A DNA stretch of 63,428 nucleotides, counting the filler, from Octopus bimaculoides (Eukaryota), in assembly GCF_001194135.2 (NCBI RefSeq). It is 6 parts of 6 records of this genome, joined end to end, with 100 filler letters (N's around TTAATTAATTAA, not from the genome) between each part and the next. Parts side by side here need not be neighbours in the genome. Positions count along the whole stretch, not along the records: positions 20,242 to 42,688 come from NC_068988.1; positions 42,789 to 51,579 come from NC_068982.1; positions 51,680 to 57,621 come from NC_068999.1; 3 more parts are not named here. One strand, written 5' to 3'. The translations under genes and the position numbers were made by a program. Position 1 is the stretch's first letter. Each line of letters starts with the position of its first letter. The notes under the pieces were generated by a model. It was not told where the DNA came from. It did no database searches and was given only the letters and a program-made list of their open reading frames with translations. This document shows, in pieces, positions 40,737 through 53,761 of the stretch.

Positions 40737-41589
40737 CACACACGCGTGCACGCATACACATATACGGAGCGAAAGAAGAACAGTTGATGCTGCAAATATT
40801 TTCTCGTATTTCTCATTAATATAACAATGATTGCGACTCCAAAGTTATTTTTATTATTTTTTACAGTTTGAATGAAGACAAGAACAAAACAAAACAAAAC
40901 AGAACAAAACAAAACACCAAACAGACAAACAAAAGCAAACAGGTTTTATATCAAACATTTCTGAAAAGTAATAGNNNNNNNNNNNNNNNNNNNNNNNNNN
41001 NNNNNNNNNNNNNNNNNNNNNNNNNNNNNNNNNNNNNNNNNNNNNNNNNNNNNNNNNNNNNNNNNNNNNNNNNNNNNNNNNNNNNNNNNNNNNNNNNNNN
41101 NNNNNNNNNNNNNNNNNNNNNNNNNNNNNNNNNNNNNNNNNNNNNNNNNNNNNNNNNNNNNNNNNNNNNNNNNNNNNNNNNNNNNNNNNNNNNNNNNNNN
41201 NNNNNNNNNNNNNNNNNNNNNNNNNNNNNNNNNNNNNNNNNNNNNNNNNNNNNNNNNNNNNNNNNNNNNNNNNNNNNNNNNNNNNNNNNNNNNNNNNNNN
41301 NNNNNNNNNNNNNNNNNNNNNNNNNNNNNNNNNNNNNNNNNNNNNNNNNNNNNNNNNNNNNNNNNNNNNNNNNNNNNNNNNNNNNNNNNNNNNNNNNNNN
41401 NNNNNNNNNNNNNNNNNNNNNNNNNNNNNNNNNNNNNNNNNNNNNNNNNNNNNNNNNNNNNNNNNNNNNNNNNNNNNNNNNNNNNNNNNNNNNNNNNNNN
41501 NNNNNNNNNNNNNNNNNNNNNNNNNNNNNNNNNNNNNNNNNNNNNNNNNNNNNNNNNNNNNNNNNNNNNNNNNNNNNNNNNNNNNNNNN

Positions 41590-41689
<100 letters not shown>

Positions 41690-42819
41690 GAACCCTGAGG
41701 AATATGGTCGATTAAATCACTAACACAAAATTACTCGGCGTTACTTTTTATCAAATCCACGGAGAATGAAAAAAAAGAATAATAATAATTCGGTTGTGGA
41801 ACGGTTTGAACTAAAGAAATTCTGTGAACCTTGCTTTAGCGAAAGAATCCCCCAGCAGACTGGATCTTTCTTCTTTACGGTCTACAATAAATGATGGTTT
41901 TGATTTTTCAGATGAACTAGGCGCCATTTTGCTTCATATATGTTAGCTGTAGTTTTTGTTTAGAAAAGGTATGAATGTCACAGCATTTCATCGTATGCTT
42001 TCCAGAAATGGTAATGTAGGAATAATTAATGTCTAAATAGTCACTTCATCGAGTTTGATGTATAGCCGTGTGTGTGTGTATGTATGTATGTATGGCAAAT
42101 GAAAGACGGAAGATGGAATATACGAGAATTTATTTAATAGAATAAAACTACATAATTATAAGTGTGTGTGTGTGTGTTTGTGTTATTCAGATTCATTTCA
42201 TGATTTCTTGCCACTAGAGTGCCGGTTTCTAACCTGGTTTTAGGGCGTCTTTATTGGAATTTCAACACCATCAACACGGTTTCTCTGTTTATGTGTGTAG
42301 TATTTGGAGTCAGTACAGGTGTGGATTTGTATGTATGTATACACACTACTAATGTTTTGGGGCAAGGGCATGGATGTCACAACACCTCCCTCTACATCAT
42401 TTCAAGTAACAGGCCTGACCACTCTTTGATGACTGTCCTTGATTACGGAAAGACTAACCAATTATAGAAATCCACGTCGCATTTACAAATCAGGTACACA
42501 CATACACATCAATGCACACGTATATATAAACACACACACGCATAGCTGCACATATATAGAATGGCATGGCTATTATAAACTCACTCATATCTATATACAC
42601 GTCTGACTATATTTTTATCGATCAATCTATTCATCTATGTATCAAAAGATACAGACTGTCCGTGCAAATATATATATATATATATATANNNNNNNNNNNN
42701 NNNNNNNNNNNNNNNNNNNNNNNNNNNNNNNNTTAATTAATTAANNNNNNNNNNNNNNNNNNNNNNNNNNNNNNNNNNNNNNNNNNNNATATATAAATAT
42801 ATATATATATATATATATC

Positions 42820-42960
42820 GAGTATAACCAGCCGAAATTGCAAAGATAATCTGGAACTCGACTGAAGAAAGAAAATTCCGAAAGTCCAGTCCTAGTTTTC
42901 TTTGTATCGTCTATCTGGATGTTTTGTGCTCTTGTCCCATTTTGTATTTTTTATATATAA
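42820..42960 (+). mobile_element. PLE pLTR-like fragment with a decayed hammerhead core
   Basis: ctcga CTGAAGA aagaaaattcc GAAA gtc; stems I and III do not close properly. Confidence 0.3.
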
Positions 42961-43422
42961 AACATATAGCAGCGTAGTACACTTTAGTCTCTTATATATA
43001 CAATTATATACAAATGAGTGAAATTAAAAGAGCATTTAATTAATGAAATTGTTTGCTAACGCAAAATAAGAAAAAACTATTTTCAAGGCCACGACGGAGC
43101 TAAAACGACCAGCTACATCTCGCACATAATACATCTTGTCATACATTGCATACTATATATAATTTTGTTTGGAGAACATTCTTCCTAAAGAGAAGACAGA
43201 GTAGTTGCAGCTAGAATGCTATGATAATGATATTCTCAGCCCAAGAACATTGCGTAACTAAACAACAAGAAAGAAAAGGGAGAAAAAGCAACAGCAATAG
43301 CTAAATTTCAAAGATTGAATTCTGAATGATCTTGCTGAACAACTCATTTGTAGGTGAAGTAAATGAACATTTAAAATCGGTAGGGGCCTCGATTTCTTTT
43401 TAGTTTGGATTAATATGATATA

Positions 43423-43803
43423 GTGGAGGCGCAATGGCCCAGTGGTTAGGGCAGCGGACTCACGGTCATAGGATCGCAGTTTCGATTCCCAGACCGGGCG
43501 TTGTGAGTGTTTATTGAGCGAAAACACCTAAAGCTCCACGAGGCTCCGGCAGGGGATGATGGCGAACCCTGCTGTACTCTTTCACCACAACTTTCTCTCA
43601 CCCTTTCTTCCTGTTTCTGTTGTGTCTGTAATTCAAAGGGTCAACCTTGTCACACTGTGTCACGCTGAATATCCCCGAGAACTACGTTAAGGGTGCACGT
43701 GTCTGTGGACTGCTTAGCCACTTGCACGTTAATTTCACGAGCAGGCTGTTCCGTTGATCGGATCAACTGGAACCCTCGACGTCGTAAGCCACGGAGTGCA
43801 ACA
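43423..43803 (+). mobile_element. SINE family C, full length with 11-bp TSD
   Basis: tRNA-like head (A box TGGCCCAGTGG, B box GTTTCGATTCC); TSD AATATGATATA at 43412-43422 and 43807-43817. A 3' fragment lies at 516-643 and a CpG-decayed variant at about 54440-54750. Confidence 0.88.
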
Positions 43804-44658
43804 AAAAATATGATATATCACAAAATAATAAGCTTTGTTATATTTTAATAGCAGAATTCTATAGCAATCACGTTTTAAACATTGGCAGAAAAGTTCATCA
43901 GTTGAAACTGAGCAAGTTAATTTCTAATGCGACTTGTCTAATGTATCGCAAAAAAGTGAGATGTTTGATGAATTTAACGAACAAATTATCATTTGCATTA
44001 AGAGCGAACACATGCATAAGCACACATTTCTATAAGAAACAAAAATTAATATTTATTTTAGAAATATCACAAAAATTCTGTTCTTTAGAAATAGGTGTCC
44101 TTTAGTAGTAATTTCTCCAATCTTACTATATTGTTAGATATTTAATTAGGAGTCAAAGTAGGATTATAAAGAATATAAAATCATATAAAATAATGAATAT
44201 CTTAGCTCAGCAAAAATAAACATACATATGAAAGTGAATGTTCTTTATCTATATTAAAATTTTATGAGATATTATTAGCACAAATCCACTGCGTGTCCGT
44301 ACGTGAAAAAGATAAGTAATCTTAAATGTTGTAATTAGTTATCGAGACAGCGAACACGTTTCAGTAAGTGAAAATGAAAGCTAAAAAACAATGAATTAAA
44401 ATAATATTTAATTTATCATCCGCTCATTCAGAATGTTGAGAATGTGAAACGCCACAATATCAGTTATACACGTGTGCTCACTCACGAGTCACATACACAT
44501 ACATAAACACACACACACGCACACACACACACACATACACTCAAGTACACACAAACACTCACTTTCTCTTTCTCTCTCTCTCACACATACACTCAAACGC
44601 AAATACAAACAGACAAATATACATATAAATAGATACATGGAGACATACATAGATACAA

Positions 44659-44701
<43 letters not shown>

Positions 44702-44810
44702 TCAATAATAATAATAATAAAATGATAGTGATAATAATAAGGATTAGTACGAGGTAATTAGCCTTCATTCCTTTTTAAGTTACCTTTAGTTTCTGTATAT
44801 ATATACATGT

Positions 44811-44851
<41 letters not shown>

Positions 44852-47722
44852 GCTTTAAGTACACCCACACATGTTTCTATTGCATCGATTAGTAACTGTT
44901 GTAATGCTTATGAATATATATATGCGTGTGTGTGCATGTATGTATATATGTGTGTATGTATTTCTAATGAAGTAATCATTTATAGTTTATTGAATTTTGA
45001 TTTATTATATTTCATAACTGTAAATGTTGTTGTAAACGTGTGCGTATTGATTTAAACAAGTATTTTATATGTAACTTTTAAATATATCATTCTTTTGAAA
45101 CTACACCACTACTATATTTAGATAAAAAGCTATTTATCTTTTTTCGTTGTTTATTGAATCTAAAGTATTTTGATAATTGTTACTAATGGTGTTTGTTACC
45201 AGGGTACTATATGTGTGCTTTGTTTTATCGGCTTTTATGATTACGTTATTTGGTTCTTAGATGTTCAATAGATTTTTTTTTCTTTTTATCAATATTTGCA
45301 GGAAGCTCTTGTTTACTTTCTTGAATTTTATGTGTTGCACCATTGCGAGTTTTCGAAATGTTCAAAGAGTTCTTTGAATATCGGATATTTATTCATTTTG
45401 AATCCAAAATGATTCTCCTTTTTTTTTAAATCTTCTTTACAGAAGAAGTCTGCTTTGAAGCATATTCTTTCTACTAATTCTTTTGTGCGGAACAAAAATT
45501 ATTTACGGAAATGTTTGCGTACATATATACAGGTGTTTTTAGTGGAGAAATCTAACGTGTAATTGCTTATCTTTCAAGGAAATCTGCGTCTTATCAGGAC
45601 ATGAATACAAAGGTATCTACAATTCAATTATTTCCAAATATAGCTATCCACACTTAGCAAACATCACTTACATCGATTAATAATAATAACCAAACCATAT
45701 TGAATTGAAACTATAATAAATCTGAATAACATCAAATATAACTCCTCATTTATCTCCTCTCATCTATAAATAAAATGAAAAAAATATCTTTGTTATTAAA
45801 CAACTGTTAAATCGAAACGTGCAGGTTATATTCGATTACTAGCAAAACAATTTTAAGTGGTGGCATTATTAAATAACAAAGATGGAGGGTAAGTGGTATG
45901 TTTATCACATGAACGGCTTTTGTCTTGGTTCGAAGCAACACCTTCATCACAAGATAACGAGAGACAGATTTATATATATATANNNNNNNNNNNNNNNNNN
46001 NNNNNNNNNNNNNNNNNNNNNNNNNNNNNNNNNNNNNNNNNNNNNNNNNNNNNNNNNNNNNNNNNNNNNNNNNNNNNNNNNNNNNNNNNNNNNNNNNNNN
46101 NNNNNNNNNNNNNNNNNNNNNNNNNNNNNNNNNNNNNNNNNNNNNNNNNNNNNNNNNNNNNNNNNNNNNNNNNNNNNNNNNNNNNNNNNNNNNNNNNNNN
46201 NNNNNNNNNNNNNNNNNNNNNNNNNNNNNNNNNNNNNNNNNNNNNNNNNNNNNNNNNNNNNNNNNNNNNNNNNNNNNNNNNNNNNNNNNNNNNNNNNNNN
46301 NNNNNNNNNNNNNNNNNNNNNNNNNNNNNNNNNNNNNNNNNNNNNNNNNNNNNNNNNNNNNNNNNNNNNNNNNNNNNNNNNNNNNNNNNNNNNNNNNNNN
46401 NNNNNNNNNNNNNNNNNNNNNNNNNNNNNNNNNNNNNNNNNNNNNNNNNNNNNNNNNNNNNNNNNNNNNNNNNNNNNNNNNNNNNNNNNNNNNNNNNNNN
46501 NNNNNNNNNNNNNNNNNNNNNNNNNNNNNNNNNNNNNNNNNNNNNNNNNNNNNNCAAGGGAGTTATCCCTCTCACCACGGCCAGCAGCACGAACGTATCC
46601 GGATTTCAGGGTTATTTCCCTTCGTCGGCGTTCGACAGCTGATGACCTTGGTGAGAGAGAAAAACCTGGCAAATCTTATATCTTCTTTTCCAGTGGCATT
46701 CTTCACTGATATTGAAAAGGTGAAAACAAGCAATGTTAATTCTCTAAATGGCAAACAGGACACAGTCGTGTGTCGATAAGCCAGCTGGAGGAGATGTCCT
46801 CCTGGGGCTAAAAGCAACAGTAACATCCACCCCTAGGGGTCAGCCACACTTAAGTGGCAATATACTACACTTTAGCGTTATTTCGGTTTCATTTACAAGT
46901 TGCTGCCACTGGCCACTCCACATAGTTTTTTTTTATTTTTTTTTTACCATGATTATGTACTTAAGTTAGAATACAGTATGCTCTGTTTGTAAATGTGTAC
47001 GTTAAAGGTTTGCAGCAGACAAGGTGGAAACATAACATCAACACACAGAAGCACAAATAAGCACACATATATCCACACGTGTATACATGGCATAAATATG
47101 TGTATATGTCATAGTCACGTTCATTAATATATACATACATACATACATATATANNNNNNNNNNNNNNNNNNNNNNNNNNNNNNNNNNNNNNNNNNNNNNN
47201 NNNNNNNNNNNNNNNNNNNNNNNNNNNNNNNNNNNNNNNNNNNNNNNNNNNNNNNNNNNNNNNNNNNNNNNNNNNNNNNNNNNNNNNNNNNNNNNNNNNN
47301 NNNNNNNNNNNNNNNNNNNNNNNNNNNNNNNNNNNNNNNNNNNNNNNNNNNNNNNNNNNNNNNNNNNNNNNNNNNNNNNNNNNNNNNNNNNNNNNNNNNN
47401 NNNNNNNNNNNNNNNNNNNNNNNNNNNNNNNNNNNNNNNNNNNNNNNNNNNNNNNNNNNNNNNNNNNNNNNNNNNNNNNNNNNNNNNNNNNNNNNNNNNN
47501 NNNNNNNNNNNNNNNNNNNNNNNNNNNNNNNNNNNNNNNNNNNNNNNNNNNNNNNNNNNNNNNNNNNNNNNNNNNNNNNNNNNNNNNNNNNNNNNNNNNN
47601 NNNNNNNNNNNNNNNNNNNNNNNNNNNNNNNNNNNNNNNNNNNNNNNNNNNNNNNNNNNNNNNNNNNNNNNNNNNNNNNNNNNNNNNNNNNNNNNNNNNN
47701 NNNNNNNNNNNNNNNNNNNATA

Positions 47723-47749
<27 letters not shown>

Positions 47750-47753
<4 letters not shown>

Positions 47754-47950
47754 TACGGAGATGCACTTGCATAGCAAGTGACCTGATCTGAGATCGTGTG
47801 CTGGAACGAAAACAATTGCAGCGTGGAAGGTGTTTATAAGCCATTTAAAATAACACACAAAATCCGTTAGATTCACTTCAACATTTAAATTTAATTTGTC
47901 AAAATACTTTCGTCGCTTTGAGACCGCGACCTGTTCACTGACAAAATACA
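47750..47950 (-). mobile_element. PLE pseudo-LTR-like segment carrying a hammerhead-like motif
   Basis: Directly 3' of the PLE RT fragment on the same strand and contains the fold at 47895-47945. Confidence 0.5.
47895..47945 (-). ncRNA. Minimal type-I hammerhead ribozyme-like motif, G3:C8 core variant
   Basis: tttgtca GTGAACA g gtcgc-ggtctcaaa-gcgac GAAA gtat T T tgacaaa: 7-bp stem I, 5-bp stem II, self-complementary short stem III. Confidence 0.6.
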
Positions 47951-48500
47951 TACACATCCCAGCCATACCGACACCAATAGCTGTACCTTGAACCTGCTTG
48001 TATAGTTTCTTGTTAAACTTTACAATGTGGTTCTTCAAGGTGATTCTAATGCGAGCCCCTATTCTTTTCACCTGACTGTTGTTGACAGGGTTTTGGGTGG
48101 GTGTGATCCAGGCATCCCGGCGCTCTGCGGTGCTTTTCTTCACCACTGAGGTGATGGTAGTGGTCGTCCCCTCTGTGACCTTTTGAGGCAAAATCTCCTT
48201 AGTTCATTGTTGTCTAGATTGTTACTGTCAGAGCTCAGTTTAAATAGGAGGCCTTGTATCCTCGTGCTGACTTTACGAAACTCTACCTCATTTCACAGAT
48301 AATCTCAATGCATCTTTCCACAGCAAATCTGTCTATAGATGGGTAGAGTGAAATTACATCCCTACTAAACACTAAACAACCTGTAAGGGCGTTGGTGCGG
48401 TTGCAACAACTGATTCTACTGAGGAGATCCTCCCTGCTCAGACAGATATTCGGGGACATTTGAATGAGTGCTCGTAATAATCTTGAAAGGAAGTAGGATA
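47950..48500 (-). mobile_element. Penelope-like reverse transcriptase fragment (disrupted)
   Basis: Minus-strand peptides CLSREDLLSRI..GCLVFSRDVISLYPSID (about 48322-48440) and ITLKNHIVKFNKKLYKQVQGTAIGVG are PLE RT motifs A and B'. Stops and frameshifts lie between them. Confidence 0.78.
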
Positions 48501-48724
48501 GTCTATAACTGCAGGTGATATCCGCAAACTGGCAGAGTTAGGGGCACAATAACAGGGTTTGTGTAGGGTTTATGTTCTTTACGTAACCCGTATAGCGTAA
48601 GAACATTGTTGCTGAATGCTTGGAAATTTGGTGCAGTCCGGTTCTTGCGTTGAAGTATGGATACGCATATGGACAAGTACATATAAAGATAGATAGGTAC
48701 ATAGGTAATATGGACAGACGAGTA

Positions 48725-48767
<43 letters not shown>

Positions 48768-50740
48768 ACACACATACACACACACATACATACAAATGAA
48801 GACTGAAACTCATGACCATATACACATATACGCACACTTCGCACAAAGACACTTATGGAAACACATCAGCATGAACGCAGAAGCACATGGATATGCAATG
48901 TACATAATACATACTTACATAGAAACGTGCACACATGCGTTCATATATATNNNNNNNNNNNNNNNNNNNNNNNNNNNNNNNNNNNNNNNNNNNNNNNNNN
49001 NNNNNNNNNNNNNNNNNNNNNNNNNNNNNNNNNNNNNNNNNNNNNNNNNNNNNNNNNNNNNNNNNNNNNNNNNNNNNNNNNNNNNNNTATATATATATAT
49101 ATATATGCATACGCACACATACATGCATACGCACAAACATGCAGGGTACATACAGACAAACGTACACACGCATACGTACATACACACATACATGTATGGA
49201 TATGTTTATGCGTACGCACACTGACGCACACTGACGCATACACACACGTACAAAAAAAGAATGTGATTTCGATAACGAACAGAATCAACGATTATTGAAA
49301 AATTTGCAAGTCGTTATGAAAATTTAAGTAAAAATAAATATGTAAATGAATGGAAATAGGTATGTTATATTAATAAGGCACTAAAAGAGAATGGAATTTA
49401 GGATATTGTTTAGCCAAAACCATTACAATTGTTTCGACGCATTTTCGGATCTGTTTTTCATAGGTGAGATGTTGTGCAGACAATTATCTTACATCACTGG
49501 TGTACAATGTACCTTCTCAGTTAACTATTTAAACATGTTCCTCACTATATCCGCTCGCCAACTCATTCGTTTTAATAATGCATAGCTAACTTTTGTAGTA
49601 TTCCAGCTGTTCACAATCACAACACATAGTACATACATACATACATACATACATACATACATACATACATGCATGCATATATATATATATATATATATAC
49701 ATATTTAAAAATAGGATAAAATCTTTATATGAATTTATCATGTAGTCAGCGCGAAAAACTTCATAAGGGAAAAAAATCATTAATTTTTCCCTTTATATTT
49801 ATTTATATTAAGGGCATTACTATACATAATTGCCTCACACTACGAGGGACCCCAAAATCAAAAAGAGTCCCTCGTAGCGTGAGGCATTTATGTATAGTAA
49901 AGCCTTTAATATAAAGATGTATATATATATATATAGATGTTTACATTACTATTTGGCCAGACATCCTAAGCACTTACGCATATACATAATCGTAAGCAAG
50001 TTCATAGTATATTATGCTAGTTCGTTTTCAAATCAAGTTGGTATAACTGCATTTTAACATAAGTATTGCTTTTAAAAACTACATTCTACTTAATTGTTAT
50101 AAAAGAAACACTTGGTATTTGAATTTTCTTTTAGTTTGACAATTGCATTCGTAGGAAAGTCAACAACCTTCAATAATTTCCCTAATGATCATGTATATAT
50201 ATAAGTGTGTGTGTGTGTGTGTGTATCTATGTATGTATGCATGTATGTATACACATACATGAGTATATAGACATATACATGCATGCATTCATATATATAT
50301 ATATACTGCGTTAATTTTATTTTTGTATATCATGAAAAACAATTACAAACTTTTATTTACTTTCCTCACACGGCTATAGCCGAAGGCAGTTTGTTTGAAA
50401 AAGCAAATAAGAAAAAGATTCGAAACGAACATGAATATTGAATTACTGGAATGAATTTTAAATGATTTTTTTTTTAATCACTAACACGAAAGATAAACGT
50501 GTTTTCAGCAGAATCGTTTGTTTTCCTGAATTTATTCCCTATTTCTTTCCTGTCTTTTTTTTAAGACGTTGAACACTGTCCACATATACGTAGGTATTCG
50601 CACGCTCACGAATATTCGTACACGCAAAATCACATGCATACTCCTACAGGTCTACGTATCGAGATGTATGTGTATATATGCACGTATACACATACATGGT
50701 ATAAATATAATATATATACATGTATATATATATATGTATG

Positions 50741-50785
<45 letters not shown>

Positions 50786-50786
50786 A

Positions 50787-50817
<31 letters not shown>

Positions 50818-51192
50818 GTGAGTGTGTGTGTGTGTGTATGTGAGTGTATATATGTATACACACATACACACTAATATGATGGGGAAGGACTAAATTTGCT
50901 GATAGTCTTCTACACTGGTTGCTAAACAATTTTGTTGTTAAATATTTCAGACAATATATTTTATGTTTAGAGGTGAAAACTTCACTCACTCGTTGGTACA
51001 TAGAGTAATATTGTTAGGGAAGTTATTAATACGAGAGAAATATACGGAATCATGGGCTTGTATCAAAAGTTTCGCTCGTAATATAACAATTACGACAGGG
51101 CGGCGAGACGGAAGAAACTTTAGCACGTCGGGCGAAATGCTTAGCGGTATTTCGTCTGTCTTTACGTATGTATATATATTTATGTATTTACG

Positions 51193-51220
<28 letters not shown>

Positions 51221-51226
<6 letters not shown>

Positions 51227-51579
51227 GCTTAGAGCTGCGGCCATGCTGATGCACCGCCGTGTTGCTACACTTTTATTACAGGGAGCATCTTACAATTTGT
51301 GGCACTTGGTTAAGAATGGAGTTTGATTTAGCAACCCTCATTTGCACCTCCTGCCGCGAGGTAGGTTCATCTGGGACTCTCGACAGGAAGAGGTCCAGCT
51401 TTGATTTACAAACCCCTACATATACGTTGTGCAGGTTCCTCAGGCTCTTTGGGAGAATATTAAAAAGCTGTGGGCCCCTGACACCCAAACTGTTGAAGTA
51501 ACTGGTCCTGAAGCGCGATGGCATTGCTGGGATCTTTGGCACTATGCAGTGTCGTCCCGTTCTGGCATTGGTGTTGCTT
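51221..51579 (-). mobile_element. 3' end of a CR1/L2-group LINE (RT C-terminus plus short 3'UTR and (AAT)n tail)
   Basis: ORF 51276-51542 reads SYFNSLGVRGPQLFNILPKSLRNL..KSKLDLFLSRVPDEP, the typical post-RT motif RGPxLFNxLP...LDxFLxxVPDEP. The 5' side is cut by a scaffold gap. Clade assignment is tentative. Confidence 0.7.
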
Positions 51580-51679
51580 NNNNNNNNNNNNNNNNNNNNN
51601 NNNNNNNNNNNNNNNNNNNNNNNTTAATTAATTAANNNNNNNNNNNNNNNNNNNNNNNNNNNNNNNNNNNNNNNNNNNN
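51580..51679. other. Artificial scaffold join: 44 N + TTAATTAATTAA + 44 N
   Basis: Identical 100-nt cassettes at 20142-20241, 42689-42788, 51580-51679, 57622-57721 and 59697-59796. The 12-mer gives stops in all six frames. Confidence 0.95.
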
Positions 51680-51756
<77 letters not shown>

Positions 51757-53144
51757 ATGCTGAATTGTAGGACTCAATGAAAAACGATTTTTTAAATAAC
51801 AGGAAATTTATGAATGAAAGGCAACACATTAAGATGGCAGTTGAATTGTCAAATATAAACATAAAGCATTTACCAATAACTGTGTAACACGACTTTTGTT
51901 CTTGGGTAGTAACTGTTATTTCCTATTTGCTTGCCCTTAGAAAGTATGAAAATGGCTAATATTTCCTTCAAGCTTTGCTTTTGTTATATTTATGCAAGCC
52001 TCAAAGAATCCCTGTTAATACATGGCTACAATGCTCTCCTACTACTCCTGCTCATGATCAGAAATGCACATATTGTCAGCCACTATAGGATATGCTGTGT
52101 ACAAATTTTATTACACAGTGTAACTGTAAAAGTAAAAATCACTTTGACCAACAACAACAAAAACTTATGAAGTCTTTTTCTGTTAAAGAAAGGAAAATTA
52201 AATCTTCCACTTCTGAAATCCAGCAAAGAATGTCAGGTATTCACCATTATTAACTAAACATTCCAAGAGAACTAATTCACCGCCAAACTTGTCAGCAGAA
52301 AAATGTCAAAGGAATTCCATTTCATGTTTTGCTATATTATAAATATTCCAAAAAACTTGTAAACTTAGACTTAACTTAGAAAATACAGTTTATATTTCTA
52401 AAAAAATTATCTCATTTTCTCTCCATCACAGCACCACTATCTGAGTATTTATTTCTGGTTACCATGCCTCGAGTATTCTAGCAGGAAATTATTGTCTTTG
52501 TGAATCTGTGCCAATTCTTGAAGCTACATACATTACTAGTGTCTGACTGGCATTATAACATATCACTTACATAGCAGGACCAGTAGAACATTGAGCAAAT
52601 ACCTTGTGGTATTTGACTTCAACTCTTCCCAATTGGAGTTCAAATCCCACTCTGGACGATTTAACCTTTCATCCTTCCAAAGTAACTATATTATAGAAAG
52701 CAATATTCTAGTATCGCTTCACTCTTTTGACTAAAACTAGTAGCAAATAATAAGAATAAAGACATAATTTCTTCAGATGCAATATCATCATCACCATTTT
52801 AACATTGCTTTTCCCATGCTTGCATGGGTAGGACAGAGTTTATTGAGGCAGATTTTTCTATGACCAGATACCTTACCTATTGCCAACCTTTAACTGGTTC
52901 CAAGCAAGGTAATATTTAACCATAGCCAGATATTATTTTGCAGAATATTGGAAATGACATTCATTTACAACAATCATGCAATGACAGGCATCTTTCAGTT
53001 TCCATCTAGCAAATCCATTCACAAAGCTTTGGTTGGCCTGGGGATACAGTAGGAAATACTTGCCTAGGGTGTCATGCTGTGAGACTGAACCCCAAATCAT
53101 ATGGTTTGGAAGCAAACTTCTCGACCAAACAGCTGCACCTACAC

Positions 53145-53187
<43 letters not shown>

Positions 53188-53705
53188 TCAGTTCGTTCAA
53201 CAAGATTTTTTTTTTAACCATTTAGTTAGAGAGGGAAAGGTAGCAGTCATAACCCATTAATTTTTCTGGGTCTCTGAAATTGGTGGGAGGAAGTTACCCT
53301 TAAGCAAAACACTTGGCTCAAATTCTTGCAAGAGAGTAAACTCTGCTAAAGATAACCAATGATCAGCAGGTTGCATTAAACAAGATAACCATTTAAGTTT
53401 AATCATCAAGAACTCAGAAGACAAAAAGCTAGAATGAATACTATAAGGCACTCTATTCAATGCTCTAACAATTCCTTCAAGACACCACCTTGGACTGGTA
53501 CTATATTTTAGCAACCCTTCCCCTAAAAGACTGAAAAAGCAAAATAGACTTCAGCAGGATTTGAACTTACATACAGGGATTTGAGAATAAATACTGCTAG
53601 GTTTCTATTTGATGCTCTAATTTCTGTTGATTCTAAAAGTAGAATGTTGTATATTTGTTAGTGCAGGTTAAATTAGGTGGGTAGGTAAATGTACTGTTGG
53701 ATTAC

Positions 53706-53761
53706 CTGTTACTGGCAAGACGGAGAGGTGGAGCAGGTGGTTTCTCTGGATCATCAGACAT
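53706..53761 (-). CDS. Pak: First coding exon of a group I p21-activated kinase (PAK1/2/3-like); CDS part of exon 53706-53794
   Basis: Minus strand reads acceptor ttctattttcAG| (AG at 53795-53796), 33 nt of UTR with an in-frame TGA, then gtaccATG TCT GAT GAT CCA GAG AAA CCA CCT GCT CCA CCT CTC CGT CTT GCC AGT AAC AG|GTaatc = MSDDPEKPPAPPLRLASN plus 2 nt (phase 2). This matches the PxxPxRxxS Nck-binding N-terminus of group I PAKs (cf. Drosophila Pak MSSEEDKPPAPPVRLTSNR, from memory). Too short for the ORF track. Confidence 0.88.

Noticed and set aside
43425-43500. tRNA-like sequence
   Set aside because: It is the head of SINE family C (continues into the SINE body and has TSDs), not a tRNA gene. 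The same applies to the family A and B heads.
49425-49475. Minus-strand gat..gtc GAAA with palindrome ACAATTGT
   Set aside because: No recognisable NUGANNA core.
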